In this document: piece by piece, positions 1 through 10,724 of the stretch
Layout: every line of letters starts with the position of its first letter
How positions within the stretch are numbered: the stretch's first letter is position 1
NCBI GenBank assembly: GCA_013824115.1
Contig: PNNG01000035.1
Span: 16,568-80,567 of the forward strand
Length of the DNA: 64,000 nt
Direction: 5' to 3'
DNA from: Sphingobacteriaceae bacterium
GTDB taxonomy: Bacteria; Bacteroidota; Bacteroidia; UBA7662
Position numbers and translations under genes: made by a program
Notes under the pieces: generated by a model
Databases searched by the model: none
What the model saw: only the letters and a program-made list of their open reading frames with translations
What the model was told of the DNA's origin: nothing

Positions 1-736
1 TGCTTCAGGCATCGATTTGGGCATTTTCCCCCGTTTACCCATGCCCAACTGGCGCATTACCTACAACGGCATTACCCGAATGGCTTGGGCCAAGGAGATT
101 TTCCAATCGTTGACCCTGAACCACAGTTACCGCTCGGTATATACGGTGGGTAATTTCACTACCAACCTCATTTACCGCGAGCAGAACGGGGCGGCATTTA
201 GTAGAGACACCGTAAGTACCAGCAACTTCCACCCGAAATACCAAATCACCCAGATCACGATCTCGGAGCAGTTGGCGCCTTTGATAGGGGTAGACGCTAC
301 TTTGAAGAACAACATTACTTTGCGGGTGGAGTACAAGCAGATGCGTACCATGCAGCTGAGTTTATTGAACAACCGTTTGAGTGAGATGCGCACCAACGAA
401 ATCACCATTGGTGCTGGATACCGTATTACCCAACCCAAATTGCCGTTTTTGGTGAATGGCCAGCAAAAGAATACCCAAAACGATTTGAATATTCGTTTCG
501 ATTTCAATATCCGCGACAACAACAACATCCTGCGCGATTTGGATGGGGCAGAGGCCCAGCCCTCTGGAGGTGGACGCAACGTTTCCATCAAGCCCAGCAT
601 CGATTATGTGTTGAACGACCGGGTGAATATTCGTTTCTTCTACGACTATATGCTCAACCGGCCGTTGATCAGCACCACCTTCCCCACCCGCCAAACCAGT
701 GGAGGCTTGGTGATTCGCTTTACTATTGCCAACTAA
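1..736 (+). CDS. sprA: T9SS translocon SprA/Sov, C-terminal part (5' end outside window)
   Basis: ITISEQLAPLIGVD, DLNIRFDFNIRDN, SIKPSIDYVLN and the terminal GGLVIRFTI match the SprA C-terminal barrel strands. Confidence 0.88.
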   Translation, partial: ASGIDLGIFPRLPMPNWRITYNGITRMAWAKEIFQSLTLNHSYRSVYTVGNFTTNLIYREQNGAAFSRDTVSTSNFHPKYQITQITISEQLAPLIGVDATLKNNITLRVEYKQMRTMQLSLLNNRLSEMRTNEITIGAGYRITQPKLPFLVNGQQKNTQNDLNIRFDFNIRDNNNILRDLDGAEAQPSGGGRNVSIKPSIDYVLNDRVNIRFFYDYMLNRPLISTTFPTRQTSGGLVIRFTIAN

Positions 737-1834
737 TCAAGGCTGCAAGGCGCCATCGAGTCGGATAACGGCGGCCAGCATCACGGTGAGGTTTTGACGT
801 TGATTACCGCTGAGCGGGTTAAGGGCGGCATTCGGACTATACAGGTAGCGTATTTCGGCACGCAATAAGCCAGCACCACTCCAATTGCGGTCTACATTCG
901 CTGAAAAGCCCCAAGCCGTAAAGCCATTGGGTGCGGCAAAACGGAGTTGTGCCGCATGAGGATCGTGGTAATATTCGGTGCGGCCGGCAAATCCCCAGTG
1001 GGTGTTGGCTTGGTAACGTACAATGCCAACTGGACTGTACCATTGGGACCATCGTTGGGCTTGTTGTTGCCATCCTAAATCGAAACCCAGTGTGAGCTGC
1101 CATTTTTTGTGGATGTTGAAAATGCTGTAAAAGTTGTGGAAGCTGCGTAATTGTTGAGCGGTATCAGGGTCGATGGTACCCGTGAAGCTGCTCCAGTTGA
1201 AAGTAAAGGGCGCTGTAGTTCGTTGTACTTGGGTTCCCCAGGAGGGCCTACGTTGGTTGTTGGGCCAATGCAAGCGTTGCCAGCCATTGAGTAAGAGCAA
1301 TGCAAATTTCCAATCGGTTCTAGTTTCGAAACGCAATTGGGCGCCTGAGATGTAGTAGGGTGAGTTTTCGGCCAATAGCGACCGGGTGAGTGTGTGGTTT
1401 TCGTTTGCTATGGCGCTTTCGAAGCCGATGTGCGAAGGAAAGGCGCCTAGCCGGAGCCACAGATTTTCTTGAGGCAACAGTTTGATCGCCACATTGGCTT
1501 CGAAAATATGCTTCAGCAGACGAGGCTCTGCGGCATAATTATCGGTGCTGTAAGTGCCTCCCACTACTCCCAGGTGAAGCTGAAAATGCCGCTGATAATG
1601 GCTTATTTTGGCAATTCCGGCGTTGAGTGCGGGTGTATGGTGACGGTTATAGCTGCAAAAGGCTTCTTGACGAAAGTCGGATGCAGGTCGTGCAAAATCG
1701 AATCCGTAATAGAAATCGGCCAGCAGCAGGTATTCCCAATGGCTTTTCGGCTCCTTTACACTATCGCTGGGCTGTGCATGCAGTATGCCGGTAATCAGGC
1801 AGCTAATGATCAATAATCTCTTCGAAAGAGGCAT
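737..1834 (-). CDS. Outer-membrane beta-barrel porin (BBP2/OmpL-like)
   Basis: Signal peptide from MPLSKRLL (ATG 1834); DFYYGFDF, FPSHIGFES, ENSPYY, GRTEYYHD and LRAEIRY motifs. Confidence 0.7.
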   Translation of the reverse strand: MPLSKRLLIISCLITGILHAQPSDSVKEPKSHWEYLLLADFYYGFDFARPASDFRQEAFCSYNRHHTPALNAGIAKISHYQRHFQLHLGVVGGTYSTDNYAAEPRLLKHIFEANVAIKLLPQENLWLRLGAFPSHIGFESAIANENHTLTRSLLAENSPYYISGAQLRFETRTDWKFALLLLNGWQRLHWPNNQRRPSWGTQVQRTTAPFTFNWSSFTGTIDPDTAQQLRSFHNFYSIFNIHKKWQLTLGFDLGWQQQAQRWSQWYSPVGIVRYQANTHWGFAGRTEYYHDPHAAQLRFAAPNGFTAWGFSANVDRNWSGAGLLRAEIRYLYSPNAALNPLSGNQRQNLTVMLAAVIRLDGALQP

Positions 1835-1973
1835 ATGTTCAAGGGCTTCAAAGCTAGTTATTTTGCTTGTGACCAAAGGTATTGTGAAAATCCGCTTTGA
1901 GCGACATACTTGGCACTTGGGGTGGCAAAGAGGGAAATTTCAAGCTTAAAATTCTATTTTTGCCACAAACCCT

Positions 1974-3086
1974 GTGAAATCGGTGATATTCAATCAACTT
2001 TCAGTAGTGCTTCCGCTGAGCTTTTTGATGGCTTTTGTCATCACTTATCTGAGCGTACCCAGCATCATTCAGTTGGCCAAGCTCAAGAAGTTATACGACG
2101 AGCCCAATCACCGCAAAGAGCACCTTACCCGTATTCCTACCTTGGGGGGCCTGGCGTTGTTTGTTGGCTTTTTCTTCTCCTTTATATTTTGGAGCAGCGA
2201 TTACCACATGGCGGGCTTCAATTCGATTTTGGCCTCCTTGGTGATTTTATTTGTGGTAGGCATCAAAGACGATTTGTATCCCATGCCAGCGCGCAAGAAG
2301 TTTTTGGCGCAAATATTGGCGGCTTTGATTGTGGTTATACAGGGCGACTTGCGCATTACCAATCTGTATGGACTGTTGTCGATTCACGATCTTCCCTATT
2401 GGGTCACCGTGGTGATTACTACCATTGCCATTTTGGCCATCATGAATGGCTTTAACCTCATTGATGGCATCAATGGTTTGGCGGCGGGCATTGCGGTGAT
2501 TGTATTGGCCACCTATGGTTTTTGGTTTTACCGCATGGGTGATGTGGTTTTTTTGATTCTTTGTCTCACCCTCATAGGGGCCCTACTGGCTTTTTTGCGC
2601 TATAATTTTTTCACGGCCAGCATCTTCATGGGCGATTCGGGTAGCCTGGTGATTGGCTATCTGATCAGCATCATCACCATCCGGTTTATTCAAGAAAGTC
2701 GCATTCACGAGCCCAATATTTTCTTTTCTATTGCGTCAGCGGTATATGCGTTCAATCTGCTCATCATCCCGCTTTTCGATACCATGCGGGTATTTGCAGT
2801 TCGTTTGCTAAAGGGCCGCTCGCCTTTCACCGCCGACCGGAACCACATCCACCATACGCTTATCGATATTGGGTTTACCCACAAACAAGCTGCATTGACC
2901 TTGTACGGGGTGAATTTGCTCTTTATTGGGATGGCTTATATGCTCGATTATCTGCTGAGACCCCGAGAATACCTGTTATTTACCATGTTCGTGGCTTTGG
3001 TGCTGAGTCAAATTCCGTTTTTCATTAAAAAAAGGCAGAAAGCCAATAACCGCTACAAAAAAAGCGCTGCACCAGGTGGTGTTTGA
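1974..3086 (+). CDS. MraY/WecA family (GT4) undecaprenyl-phosphate GlcNAc-1-P transferase
   Basis: Polytopic membrane protein with IPTLGG, GIKDD, NLIDGINGLA, IFMGDSGS and DRNHIHH motifs; GTG start. Confidence 0.9.
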   Translation: MKSVIFNQLSVVLPLSFLMAFVITYLSVPSIIQLAKLKKLYDEPNHRKEHLTRIPTLGGLALFVGFFFSFIFWSSDYHMAGFNSILASLVILFVVGIKDDLYPMPARKKFLAQILAALIVVIQGDLRITNLYGLLSIHDLPYWVTVVITTIAILAIMNGFNLIDGINGLAAGIAVIVLATYGFWFYRMGDVVFLILCLTLIGALLAFLRYNFFTASIFMGDSGSLVIGYLISIITIRFIQESRIHEPNIFFSIASAVYAFNLLIIPLFDTMRVFAVRLLKGRSPFTADRNHIHHTLIDIGFTHKQAALTLYGVNLLFIGMAYMLDYLLRPREYLLFTMFVALVLSQIPFFIKKRQKANNRYKKSAAPGGV

Positions 3087-3251
3087 CTTCTGAATTTTTA
3101 CCATTCTCAGGCGCATTTCCCAAAGGTGTTAGCCTCGTCCCCAGCCGCAGGCAACCCCAGGCTGCAGGCCGTGTCCAGCACCGAAATTTCGGGGCATCAC
3201 CAAGCCACAGGCCTCATTACCAGCGAAGCATTTTATTCCGTATCATTGACC

Positions 3252-3941
3252 ATGCGAATGTTTCTTTGCTTGTTCATCGGAATTCTCCTGAGCACCAATG
3301 CCTTGGCCCAGGAAGAGCAGTCGCTGCAAAGCACCGAGCTCCTGAAGAAAAAGCCTACCCGCAATCCCGATTTGGAAGGGGTGGTGCTTACGTATCAAAT
3401 GGATTTTTTGCGCGGCTTTCCCGGTGCCCCCTATAGTTACAGGCAGTTGCGCTCGGGCGGCTTTTCTTTTACCCTTTATTTCAATCAGCGTTTGGGAAAA
3501 TCGAATTGGAGTTATGCAGCGGGGGCAGGCTTGTCGTCGCGCAACTACTTCACCAACCTCATGAACTGGAAAACCGGCACCACTTGGCCCGATTCACCAG
3601 AGGTAAAGAACAAATTTGTGTTCACTACCTACGAGGTGGTACCGCTCGAAATCAGATATACCACCCGGCCTGCGGGCAACCGCAAATCGTTGAAATTAGC
3701 GGCAGGAATCAATGTGGGCTATACTGGATCGCTGGGTAGTAAAAGTGTACTTGGCAGCCTCACCCAAAAGTTTCAAGGGCGCGAAGACATGCTCGATTTG
3801 CAGCCGTGGCGATATGCCCTCATAGCTCGTGCGGGCTATCATCGCTTGGGTTTGAGCTGGTATTATGGCTTAAACAATTGGTTTGTGAGCAATCCCATTA
3901 ACGGCAGACCCATGTCGTTGGGGGTGTCGTTGCTATTGTAG
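3252..3941 (+). CDS. Outer-membrane beta-barrel protein (PorT-like porin family)
   Basis: Signal peptide MRMFLCLF...ALAQ; VPLEIRY and alternating beta-strand pattern; ends in LGVSLLL. Confidence 0.6.
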   Translation: MRMFLCLFIGILLSTNALAQEEQSLQSTELLKKKPTRNPDLEGVVLTYQMDFLRGFPGAPYSYRQLRSGGFSFTLYFNQRLGKSNWSYAAGAGLSSRNYFTNLMNWKTGTTWPDSPEVKNKFVFTTYEVVPLEIRYTTRPAGNRKSLKLAAGINVGYTGSLGSKSVLGSLTQKFQGREDMLDLQPWRYALIARAGYHRLGLSWYYGLNNWFVSNPINGRPMSLGVSLLL

Positions 3942-4182
3942 GGGCGCTGCGCGCGGGGGTTGGCCTTGTAGCTTGTTCACGCCCCGGAAATTTGGAGCTG
4001 TTGATGCTGCTGTTGCATCTGTTAAGGCCTATCGGCTGATAATGCCTTTAATCAGTAGGTGAAGCATGTGTGCAAGCTACTTGGCATGAACCATTGATTC
4101 GTCAGTCTGTTACCCGTTAGTCTGTCACCCATCGTCGGTTTTCCGTCGTTATTCATCTTCTAAATTTCCCGAAATTGCGGCC

Positions 4183-4722
4183 ATGAAAAGCAAGGTATTG
4201 GTCAAAACTTTCATCGCCACCAGCCTCGATGGTTATGTGGCTGGCGAGCAGGGCGAACTCGATTTTTTGGAGGCGGCAGCTGCTGAAAATGAAGATTACG
4301 GCTATGCCGACTGGATGGCACAAGTGGGCACTGTACTCGTAGGTCGCAAATCGTACGACAAAGTGCTGAGTTTCGGTGAGCCCTTTGCTTACGAAGCCAA
4401 AGATTGTGTGGTGTGGACGCGCCAGGCCATTGAGTCCCGAGCAGCTGTAAGCACCCATAGCGGCGATTTAGCACCGCTTATTGCCCGCTTGCGTGCCGAA
4501 GGCAAAGGCCATGTGTATGCCGATGGCGGTGGCGAACTTATCCGTCAACTGCTGCGCGAAGGCTTGATTGATGAAATGGTGATTTCGGTACTGCCGGTTT
4601 TGCTCGGCAAGGGCACCTCGCTTTTTGCGGGTTTGGGCAGCATGGTTCAGTTGGAGTTGTTGGAGGAAAAGCGCTTTCCGAAGTTGTTGCAGTTGAGATA
4701 CAAAGTGGTTGGGCTAGGCTAA
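4183..4722 (+). CDS. Dihydrofolate reductase-like protein (RibD C-terminal domain)
   Basis: FIATSLDGYVA, VGRKSY, DGGG and LIDEMVISVLPVLLGKG motifs. Confidence 0.9.
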   Translation: MKSKVLVKTFIATSLDGYVAGEQGELDFLEAAAAENEDYGYADWMAQVGTVLVGRKSYDKVLSFGEPFAYEAKDCVVWTRQAIESRAAVSTHSGDLAPLIARLRAEGKGHVYADGGGELIRQLLREGLIDEMVISVLPVLLGKGTSLFAGLGSMVQLELLEEKRFPKLLQLRYKVVGLG

Positions 4723-4731
4723 CAGCACTCT

Positions 4732-4945
4732 GCTACATGGCGGTCAGCGGTCAGCTGACAAGCCGAATGCTGAACGCCCTCCTTCGGCTCCTCCCTTCGA
4801 CTTTGCTCTGGCACCGGCCAAAGGCTGACCGGCCAATGCTGTAGCCATACTCCTGTTTTCCCGCAGACTTCGCAGACTGGCGCTGAAAGTATCAGCCGCC
4901 GTCACCCCTTACTCGTCACCCCTTCACTCGTTACCCGTCACTCAT
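4732..4945. repeat. Intergenic mosaic of short tandem repeats and a degenerate REP-like palindrome
   Basis: GCGGTCA x2, CGCAGACT x2, GTCACCCCTT x2; CCCTTCGACTTTGCTC at 4793-4808; imperfect arms 4732-4748 and 4824-4845. Confidence 0.55.
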
Positions 4946-5000
4946 CCTGTTCTAAATTCACGAAATCACAGTAATTTCATCAAAAGCTCAGCTATTTTCT

Positions 5001-5008
5001 TAATTTTG
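5001..5008 (+). promoter_or_regulatory. Bacteroidota sigma-A -7 box for the guaB-pheS operon
   Basis: TAATTTTG fits TAnnTTTG, 27 nt before the ATG. Confidence 0.65.
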
Positions 5009-5020
5009 TGCCGCAAATAA

Positions 5021-6505
<1,485 letters not shown>

Positions 6506-6508
6506 GGC

Positions 6509-7531
6509 ATGAAAGAACAGATAGATCAGATACGGACAGAAGCAGCAGGCTTCGATATTACTTCGGCCGACAAGCTGGAGCAATACCGCCTGCGTTTTTT
6601 AAGCAAAAAGGGCCTGGTAAGCGAGCTTTTTGAAGCCTTCCGTTCGGTTTCGGGAGAAGAGAAAAAGTTATATGGCAAAGAACTCAACTTCCTCAAACAA
6701 GAAGTGGAAGGCCGCTGGCAAGCGCAAAAGGAAGCCCTCGAAAGCACGGCAGTGACCGAAAACAGCGGCATCGATCTGAGTCGTCCTCCCCAGCCCCGCG
6801 AATTGGGCAGCCGCCACCCGCTGTCGTTGGTGCGTCAGGAAATCATCCGCTTTTTCGAAGGACTGGGCTTCAACATCAGTGAAGGGCACGAGATTGTGGA
6901 CGACTGGCACAACTTCGGTGCCTTGAATTTCGACAATGACCATCCGGCGCGCGATATGCAGGACACCTTCTTTGTGCAAACCCATCCCGACATCCTCCTC
7001 CGCACCCACACCTCCACCGTGCAGGTGAAAGAAATGCAGCTGGGCAATTTGCCCATCCGTACCATTTCGCCCGGTCGGGTGTACCGCAACGAAACCGTTT
7101 CGGCCCGCTCGCACATGCAGTTTCACCAGGTAGAAGGCCTGTATATCGACGAAAACGTGAGTTTTGCCGACCTGAAGCAGACCTTGTATTTGTTCGCCAC
7201 CGAGTTTTTCGGTCGCGATTTGAAAGTCCGTTTCCGCGCCAGCTATTTCCCCTTTACCGAACCTTCGGCTGAAATGGACGTGAGCTGCTTCATTTGTAAC
7301 CAGGAAGGTTGTAGCGTGTGCAAGCATACGGGTTGGGTTGAGATTTTGGGCTGCGGCATGGTCGACCCGAATGTTTTGGAAAACTGCGGCATCGACAGTA
7401 AGAAATACACGGGCTATGCTTTCGGCATGGGCATCGAACGCATGACCATGTTGAAATATCAGATGCGCGATATCCGTTTGTTCTATGAAAACGACCTGCG
7501 CTTTTTGAAGCAGTTCAAATCGGAAATATGA
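6509..7531 (+). CDS. pheS: Phenylalanine-tRNA ligase alpha subunit
   Basis: [31 protein letters not shown] and [10 protein letters not shown] motifs. Confidence 0.98.
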   Translation: MKEQIDQIRTEAAGFDITSADKLEQYRLRFLSKKGLVSELFEAFRSVSGEEKKLYGKELNFLKQEVEGRWQAQKEALESTAVTENSGIDLSRPPQPRELGSRHPLSLVRQEIIRFFEGLGFNISEGHEIVDDWHNFGALNFDNDHPARDMQDTFFVQTHPDILLRTHTSTVQVKEMQLGNLPIRTISPGRVYRNETVSARSHMQFHQVEGLYIDENVSFADLKQTLYLFATEFFGRDLKVRFRASYFPFTEPSAEMDVSCFICNQEGCSVCKHTGWVEILGCGMVDPNVLENCGIDSKKYTGYAFGMGIERMTMLKYQMRDIRLFYENDLRFLKQFKSEI

Positions 7532-8385
7532 GTCACCACATCCAAACCATTGCCGTAATAGGCGCGGGCACCATGGGCGCTGGCATCGCACAAGTGTGTG
7601 CGCAAGCCGGATTTCGTACTCTTTTGTACGATTTGCAGCCTACGATGCTCGATAAAGCCCGCAAGCACATTGGAGGCAATTTGCAGAAAGCCGTAGAAAA
7701 AGGCTTACTAAGTGCCGAAAAGGAGCAAGCGGTTTGGGACAAATTACAAATCACCGATCGTTTCGACGATTTGGTAGCCGATCTGGTGATTGAAGCAGTG
7801 GTAGAGCGCAAAGAGGTAAAAATTGATTTGTTTAGGCAACTGGAAGTAATTAATGGTCCAACAACCATTTTGGCCACCAACACCTCGAGCATTCCGGTTA
7901 CGAGCATTGCAGCCGGTGTTCGGAGGCCAGAGCAGGTGGTAGGCATGCACTTTTTTAATCCTGCCCATATCATGAAGTTGGTAGAGGTGATCAGCGGAGA
8001 GGCCACTTTGCCCGTGGTCAGCGACGCCATTTATCAGCTTAGCTTGCAGTTGGGTAAGAAGCCTGTGCATGCCAAAGACGCGCCCGGTTTTATTGTGAAC
8101 CGCGTGGCGCGCCATTATTACGTTGAAAGTTTGTTGGCTTTAGAAGAGCAAGTGGCTTCGTTTGAAGACGTCGATAAGTTGCTGGAAGCCCGTGGTTTTA
8201 AGATGGGGCCGTTTCGTTTGATGGATTTGATTGGGGTGGATACCAATTTTTCGGTGACTTCGAGTATGTATGCCAGCTTCCATCAGGACCCCAAATTCAG
8301 GCCGAGCCGCATCCAGGAACAGAAAGTAAATGCCGGCTTTCATGGCCGTAAAACAGGAAAGGGATTTTATGCGTACCCTGCTTAA
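7528..8385 (+). CDS. 3-hydroxyacyl/3-hydroxybutyryl-CoA dehydrogenase
   Basis: GAGTMGAG Rossmann motif, ATNTSS, GMHFFNP, PGFIVNR, GPFRLMD. Confidence 0.93.
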   Translation: MSHHIQTIAVIGAGTMGAGIAQVCAQAGFRTLLYDLQPTMLDKARKHIGGNLQKAVEKGLLSAEKEQAVWDKLQITDRFDDLVADLVIEAVVERKEVKIDLFRQLEVINGPTTILATNTSSIPVTSIAAGVRRPEQVVGMHFFNPAHIMKLVEVISGEATLPVVSDAIYQLSLQLGKKPVHAKDAPGFIVNRVARHYYVESLLALEEQVASFEDVDKLLEARGFKMGPFRLMDLIGVDTNFSVTSSMYASFHQDPKFRPSRIQEQKVNAGFHGRKTGKGFYAYPA

Positions 8386-8794
8386 AACTGCGCTACTGGC
8401 ATTTGTGCTGGTAACTGGCTGTCGCAGCAATACGGGCGACTTCGTACCGAACGTACTGGTAGACGCCACCATCAGCTTGAATTTGCCGGCATATCAGCAG
8501 CTCAATTTGATTGGCGGATTGGTGTTTGTACGCGATTTGGGCTACCGAGGCCTGGTGGTGCACCGCCTCACGCTCGATGAATTTAGGGCTTATGACATGG
8601 CTTGCACTTATCAGCCCTCGGTTCCTTGTCATGTTGTGGCGCTCGATACGGCCAGCAATTTGCTGCAGTGCGGCTGTTGCGAATCGCGTTTTTCGCTCGA
8701 TGGATTTCCGGCACGGGGTCCGGCTTCACTGAACCTGCGCTCGTACCGCACCCTCTTTTCGCCCAGCACCAATACACTGCGGATTACGAATTGA
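8369..8794 (+). CDS. Rieske-like Cys-rich lipoprotein
   Basis: Lipobox VTGC after MRTLLK (ATG 8369); AYDMACT, PCH and CGCCESRF motifs. Confidence 0.7.
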   Translation: MRTLLKTALLAFVLVTGCRSNTGDFVPNVLVDATISLNLPAYQQLNLIGGLVFVRDLGYRGLVVHRLTLDEFRAYDMACTYQPSVPCHVVALDTASNLLQCGCCESRFSLDGFPARGPASLNLRSYRTLFSPSTNTLRITN

Positions 8795-8849
8795 TTTGAA
8801 CAAGCACAACGGCGAGAAGCTCTGTGGACAGGGAGCCTCCGAAAAAGCC

Positions 8850-8857
8850 TATCTTTG
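8850..8857 (+). promoter_or_regulatory. -7 box 4 nt before the thiL ATG (probably leaderless)
   Basis: TATCTTTG-cccc-ATG. Confidence 0.65.
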
Positions 8858-8861
8858 CCCC

Positions 8862-9914
8862 ATGTCAACACCCTTCAACGAAACCCCCAAGCTCACACCC
8901 ATTGGTCAAATTGGTGAGCAAGGTCTCATCCGCTTACTTACCCAGAATATCCGCAACAGCCAGCCGGGCACCCTTTTGGGCACAGGCGATGATGCTGCTG
9001 TACTCGAATTGCCTGTTGGCGAGCAGCTGGTAGTAAGCACCGATAGTTTGGCCGAAGGCGTGCATTTCGACCTTACCTATACGCCTCTCAAACACCTCGG
9101 CTACAAGGCTGTGGTGGTGGCCATCAGCGATATTTTGGCGATGCGTGCACGTCCCAGCCAACTCACCGTTTCGTTGGCCATTTCGGCCAAATACACCGTG
9201 GAGTCAATGGAAGAGTTTTACCGCGGCTTGCTCACCGCATGCGAGCAGTATGGCGTTGATTTGGTGGGAGGCGATGTTACCGCTTCGGCAGGCGGTTTGT
9301 TTATCAGCATGACGGCTTTGGGCAGCGTGGCACCCGGACAATGGGTGAAACGCAGCACCGCCAAAGCCGGTGAATTGCTGTGCGTAACGGGCGATTTAGG
9401 AAGCGCCTTTGTGGGTCTGAACCTGCTGGAGCGCGAAAAGCGCGTTTTCCGCGAACACCCCGAAGTACAACCTGATTTTGGCGATAACGACTACTTGCTG
9501 CAACGCCAACTACGGCCAGAAGCCCGGTTAGATATGCTCGAAACCTTCGATCGGCTGCAAATCAATCCCACGGCCATGATTGACCTGAGTGACGGTTTGG
9601 GTCGCGACCTCGAGAGTTTGTGCCGGGCCTCGGGTGTGGGCTGCAAATTGTACGAGGACAAGCTGCCGATTGATCCCAAAACCATGAGCCAGGCCATGGA
9701 ATTCAACCTCGACCCCACTTTGTGCGTGCTCAGTGGAGGCGAAGATTACGAATTGCTGTTTACCCTTCCTGCTGCCGATTACGACAAGGTGAAAAGCCAC
9801 CCCGACATTACCGTAGTGGGCCACTTGACCGATGCTTCGGAAGGTATGTACTTGATTTCAAAGGGCGGCAGTGCCATGGAGTTGAAGGACAGGATGTTTG
9901 TGCCTGAAGCCTAA
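8862..9914 (+). CDS. thiL: Thiamine-monophosphate kinase
   Basis: GDDAAV, STDSLAEGVHF, LVGGD, AMIDLSDGL and GGEDYELLFT motifs. Confidence 0.95.
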   Translation: MSTPFNETPKLTPIGQIGEQGLIRLLTQNIRNSQPGTLLGTGDDAAVLELPVGEQLVVSTDSLAEGVHFDLTYTPLKHLGYKAVVVAISDILAMRARPSQLTVSLAISAKYTVESMEEFYRGLLTACEQYGVDLVGGDVTASAGGLFISMTALGSVAPGQWVKRSTAKAGELLCVTGDLGSAFVGLNLLEREKRVFREHPEVQPDFGDNDYLLQRQLRPEARLDMLETFDRLQINPTAMIDLSDGLGRDLESLCRASGVGCKLYEDKLPIDPKTMSQAMEFNLDPTLCVLSGGEDYELLFTLPAADYDKVKSHPDITVVGHLTDASEGMYLISKGGSAMELKDRMFVPEA

Positions 9915-9926
9915 GCCGATATCAAA

Positions 9927-9977
9927 CAAAAAAGCCTTTGGCGCTTGGCAATTTGCCAATAGCCAAAGGCTTTTTTG
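9927..9977. terminator. Bidirectional intrinsic terminator
   Basis: AAAAAAGCCTTTGGC...GCCAAAGGCTTTTTT with inner TTGGCAA/TTGCCAA stem, between convergent genes. Confidence 0.85.
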
Positions 9978-9992
9978 TGGGCTGTAATGGGT

Positions 9993-10679
9993 TTAGTGAG
10001 GATTGGTTGAGCTGATTTTGGCCTTTACATAGGCTACTACAGCAAATACCTCTTCGTCGTTTAGTGCGCCTTTGAAACCAGGCATGCCATTTTTGCCCTT
10101 GAGAATCATGGCCGCCATTTCGTTTTTGTCGAGCATGCTGCCTTGCAAGTTTTTGGCACCTGCTGCACCCAAAGCACCATCGGCACCATGGCAAACCGCA
10201 CAATTGTTGGCGTACAACGCTGCTCCATGCGCCAAAGGATCATAGCTATCGCTCATGGGGTCGAAACCTTCGGTACTCTGCTTGTCGGCACCCGCTAGCG
10301 CCTCATAAAAATCGGCCTTTTTCATGCGAGGGCTTTTGGTTTCGCTGATGCCATAGGCGTAAAACAGCAACAATAGCGATAGCAGGGCCAGGGGCTTGCG
10401 TTTGCGCTTGAAGCCTATTACGGCCAGGGGGATGGAGGCAAAAACCGCTGCCAATTTCACCCAGAACCAGCTTCCAGCACTAACGCTCGGTGTATTGAGG
10501 GCCAAATACAAGCCGGTGAGCAAAAACAAGGTGCTGATGATCATTTCGGGAACCCGCGTTTTTTTGGCAAAAGCTTCGAGTTTGGTGACATTTACAAACA
10601 GCAAAACCGTTTTGATGAGGTAAAGCACCACAAATAGAAGTACCACGGTGGTGTGGGTATGAAGCATTCCGGTATACAT
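9993..10679 (-). CDS. SirB2-like four-TM membrane domain fused to a class I cytochrome c
   Basis: N-terminal hydrophobic helices with HTH; C-terminal CAVCH heme motif and GKNGMPGF axial Met. Confidence 0.8.
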   Translation of the reverse strand: MYTGMLHTHTTVVLLFVVLYLIKTVLLFVNVTKLEAFAKKTRVPEMIISTLFLLTGLYLALNTPSVSAGSWFWVKLAAVFASIPLAVIGFKRKRKPLALLSLLLLFYAYGISETKSPRMKKADFYEALAGADKQSTEGFDPMSDSYDPLAHGAALYANNCAVCHGADGALGAAGAKNLQGSMLDKNEMAAMILKGKNGMPGFKGALNDEEVFAVVAYVKAKISSTNPH

Positions 10680-10724
10680 AGCAAGAGGTTGTTAAGAGGT
10701 CAAAATTAAGGGCAAATTTGGCCT

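Noticed and set aside
4714-4940. Integron attC site after the RibD-like gene (stop within GCTAAC)
   Set aside because: No matching GTTRRRY at a suitable distance with L boxes, and no integrase.
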